Origin: a virus
Lineage: Duplodnaviria > Caudoviricetes
Strand: one strand, 5' to 3'
DNA: 45,008 nt
IMG/VR virus record: IMGVR_UViG_3300029169_000006
Location: 1-45,008 of that record
The position numbers and the translations under genes were made by a program. Positions 44,357-45,008 of this stretch are shown here, in pieces; the stretch's first letter is position 1; every line of letters starts with the position of its first letter. The notes below the pieces were generated by a model. That model searched no databases. It was not told the origin of the DNA and saw nothing but the letters and a program-made list of their open reading frames with translations.

Positions 44357-44623
44357 ATGTACAGATTATTGATTTTAGTGTTGTTAACGGGTTGTGCGAC
44401 GGTCTCAGAGACTTATGGCCTTGATGGCAGACCCGCCTTTACCTTGAATTGCTCAGGCACTGCCAGGACATGGAATATGTGTCGAAAGGCTGCTGGTGAG
44501 CTTTGTGGTGCGCGTGGTTACGATGTAATTGAGCGCCTTGACTCTGACGACAACAGGCCAGCATTTGAACTTGAGAAAGACATAGGACATAGCCGTTCTA
44601 TGGTTGTTTCTTGCAGGGGTTAG
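44357..44623 (+). CDS. Small lipoprotein with four further Cys
   Basis: MYRLLILVLLTGC lipobox; GGGAG RBS. Confidence 0.85.
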   Translation: MYRLLILVLLTGCATVSETYGLDGRPAFTLNCSGTARTWNMCRKAAGELCGARGYDVIERLDSDDNRPAFELEKDIGHSRSMVVSCRG

Positions 44624-44854
44624 ATGTGAAGTTTGAGATGACAGAAGAGGCGCAGAGAATTGCGCTTGAGCACTTGTCTAACGATGGATCTTTGATGGTT
44701 AGGATAACAAGGGTGGGCAGAAATGAGTTTGAGGTTGGTTTGTACAAAGATGATGTGATGATGCTGCAAATGGAAGGTTTTTCACTAGAGAAAGGAGATT
44801 CCTTTGTCCTGTCCGGTATATCTGCCGACATTAAGGTAAGGGGTTAGATGTGAA
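44615..44854 (+). repeat. 16-bp direct repeat AGGGGTTAGATGTGAA bracketing ORF 44626-44847
   Basis: Exact copies at 44615-44630 and 44839-44854; each encodes RG-stop followed by a GTG start. Confidence 0.92.
44626..44847 (+). CDS. Hypothetical protein
   Basis: GTG start inside the repeat; acidic beta-rich sequence. Confidence 0.6.
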   Translation: MKFEMTEEAQRIALEHLSNDGSLMVRITRVGRNEFEVGLYKDDVMMLQMEGFSLEKGDSFVLSGISADIKVRG

Positions 44855-44983
44855 AACAGATGTTTGTTTGTGGTTTGGAGAGATGGGAGTCGCCGTTTAC
44901 CCCAACGATGATTCTGTGCATATTTTAGAGCTGGGGGGCTCAGACACCACCATCACAGAAGCCGAAATGGAAAGGTGTCTGCG
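44850..44983 (+). CDS. Hypothetical protein spanning the circular junction (continues to TGA at 164-166)
   Basis: VKTDVCLWFGEMGVAVYPNDDSVHILELGGSD...VEPKAE reads through the end overlap. Confidence 0.55.
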
Positions 44984-44990
44984 AGGCTGG
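44858..44990 (+). repeat. Terminal direct repeat, right copy
   Basis: Matches 1-133. Confidence 0.97.
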
Positions 44991-44991
44991 G

Positions 44992-45008
44992 GATCGTGAC
45001 TGGGAAAC
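44992..45008 (-). other. Library artefact: random-amplification primer tag
   Basis: GATCGTGACTGGGAAAC is the reverse complement of GTTTCCCAGTCACGATC (round A/B, SISPA-type primer). Confidence 0.9.

Larger units (their letters stand above)
1..44857. mobile_element. Complete or near-complete tailed phage genome, P22-like podovirus morphogenesis with lambdoid gene order
   Basis: Contiguous terminase-portal-scaffold-coat-ejection-lysis genes; ends overlap by 133 bp; no host genes seen. Confidence 0.93.

Noticed and set aside
1-45008. Stop-codon reassignment, diversity-generating retroelement or invertible tail cassette
   Set aside because: Long genes are intact in the standard code, and I saw no reverse transcriptase, TR/VR pair or invertase

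Overview
The window is a probably complete, circularly permuted dsDNA phage genome of about 44,857 bp. Positions 1-133 recur at 44858-44990, followed by a random-amplification primer tag. It has a P22-like podovirus morphogenesis core (TerS, TerL, portal, scaffold, coat, gp4/gp10-like, three ejection proteins) and a lambdoid layout: a leftward early arm, Cro, a nin-like region, a Q-like gene with a pR'/tR'-like signal, then late genes. A Gram-negative host is likely (spanins, lipoprotein, sigma70 promoters). I see no integrase, CI repressor, replication initiator, helicase, primase or recombinase. The most striking feature spans the circular junction (43891-44340 and 167-873), where lambdoid O/P genes normally sit. 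It is a hairpin-dense non-coding region with four copies of one conserved 17-25 bp RNA stem (UGUUUU(G)A..GGUG / CACC..U(C)AAAGCA), each closing a different multibranch insert, plus an OOP-like antisense unit. Other oddities: several small early genes are each bracketed by their own 11-26 bp direct repeat of a gene junction; an 8 kb insert of glycan-active and fibre-like genes lies between Q and TerS; a two-TM moron occupies the P22 sieA position; and the spanin pair appears frameshifted. All product calls come from motif recognition by eye, with no database searches.
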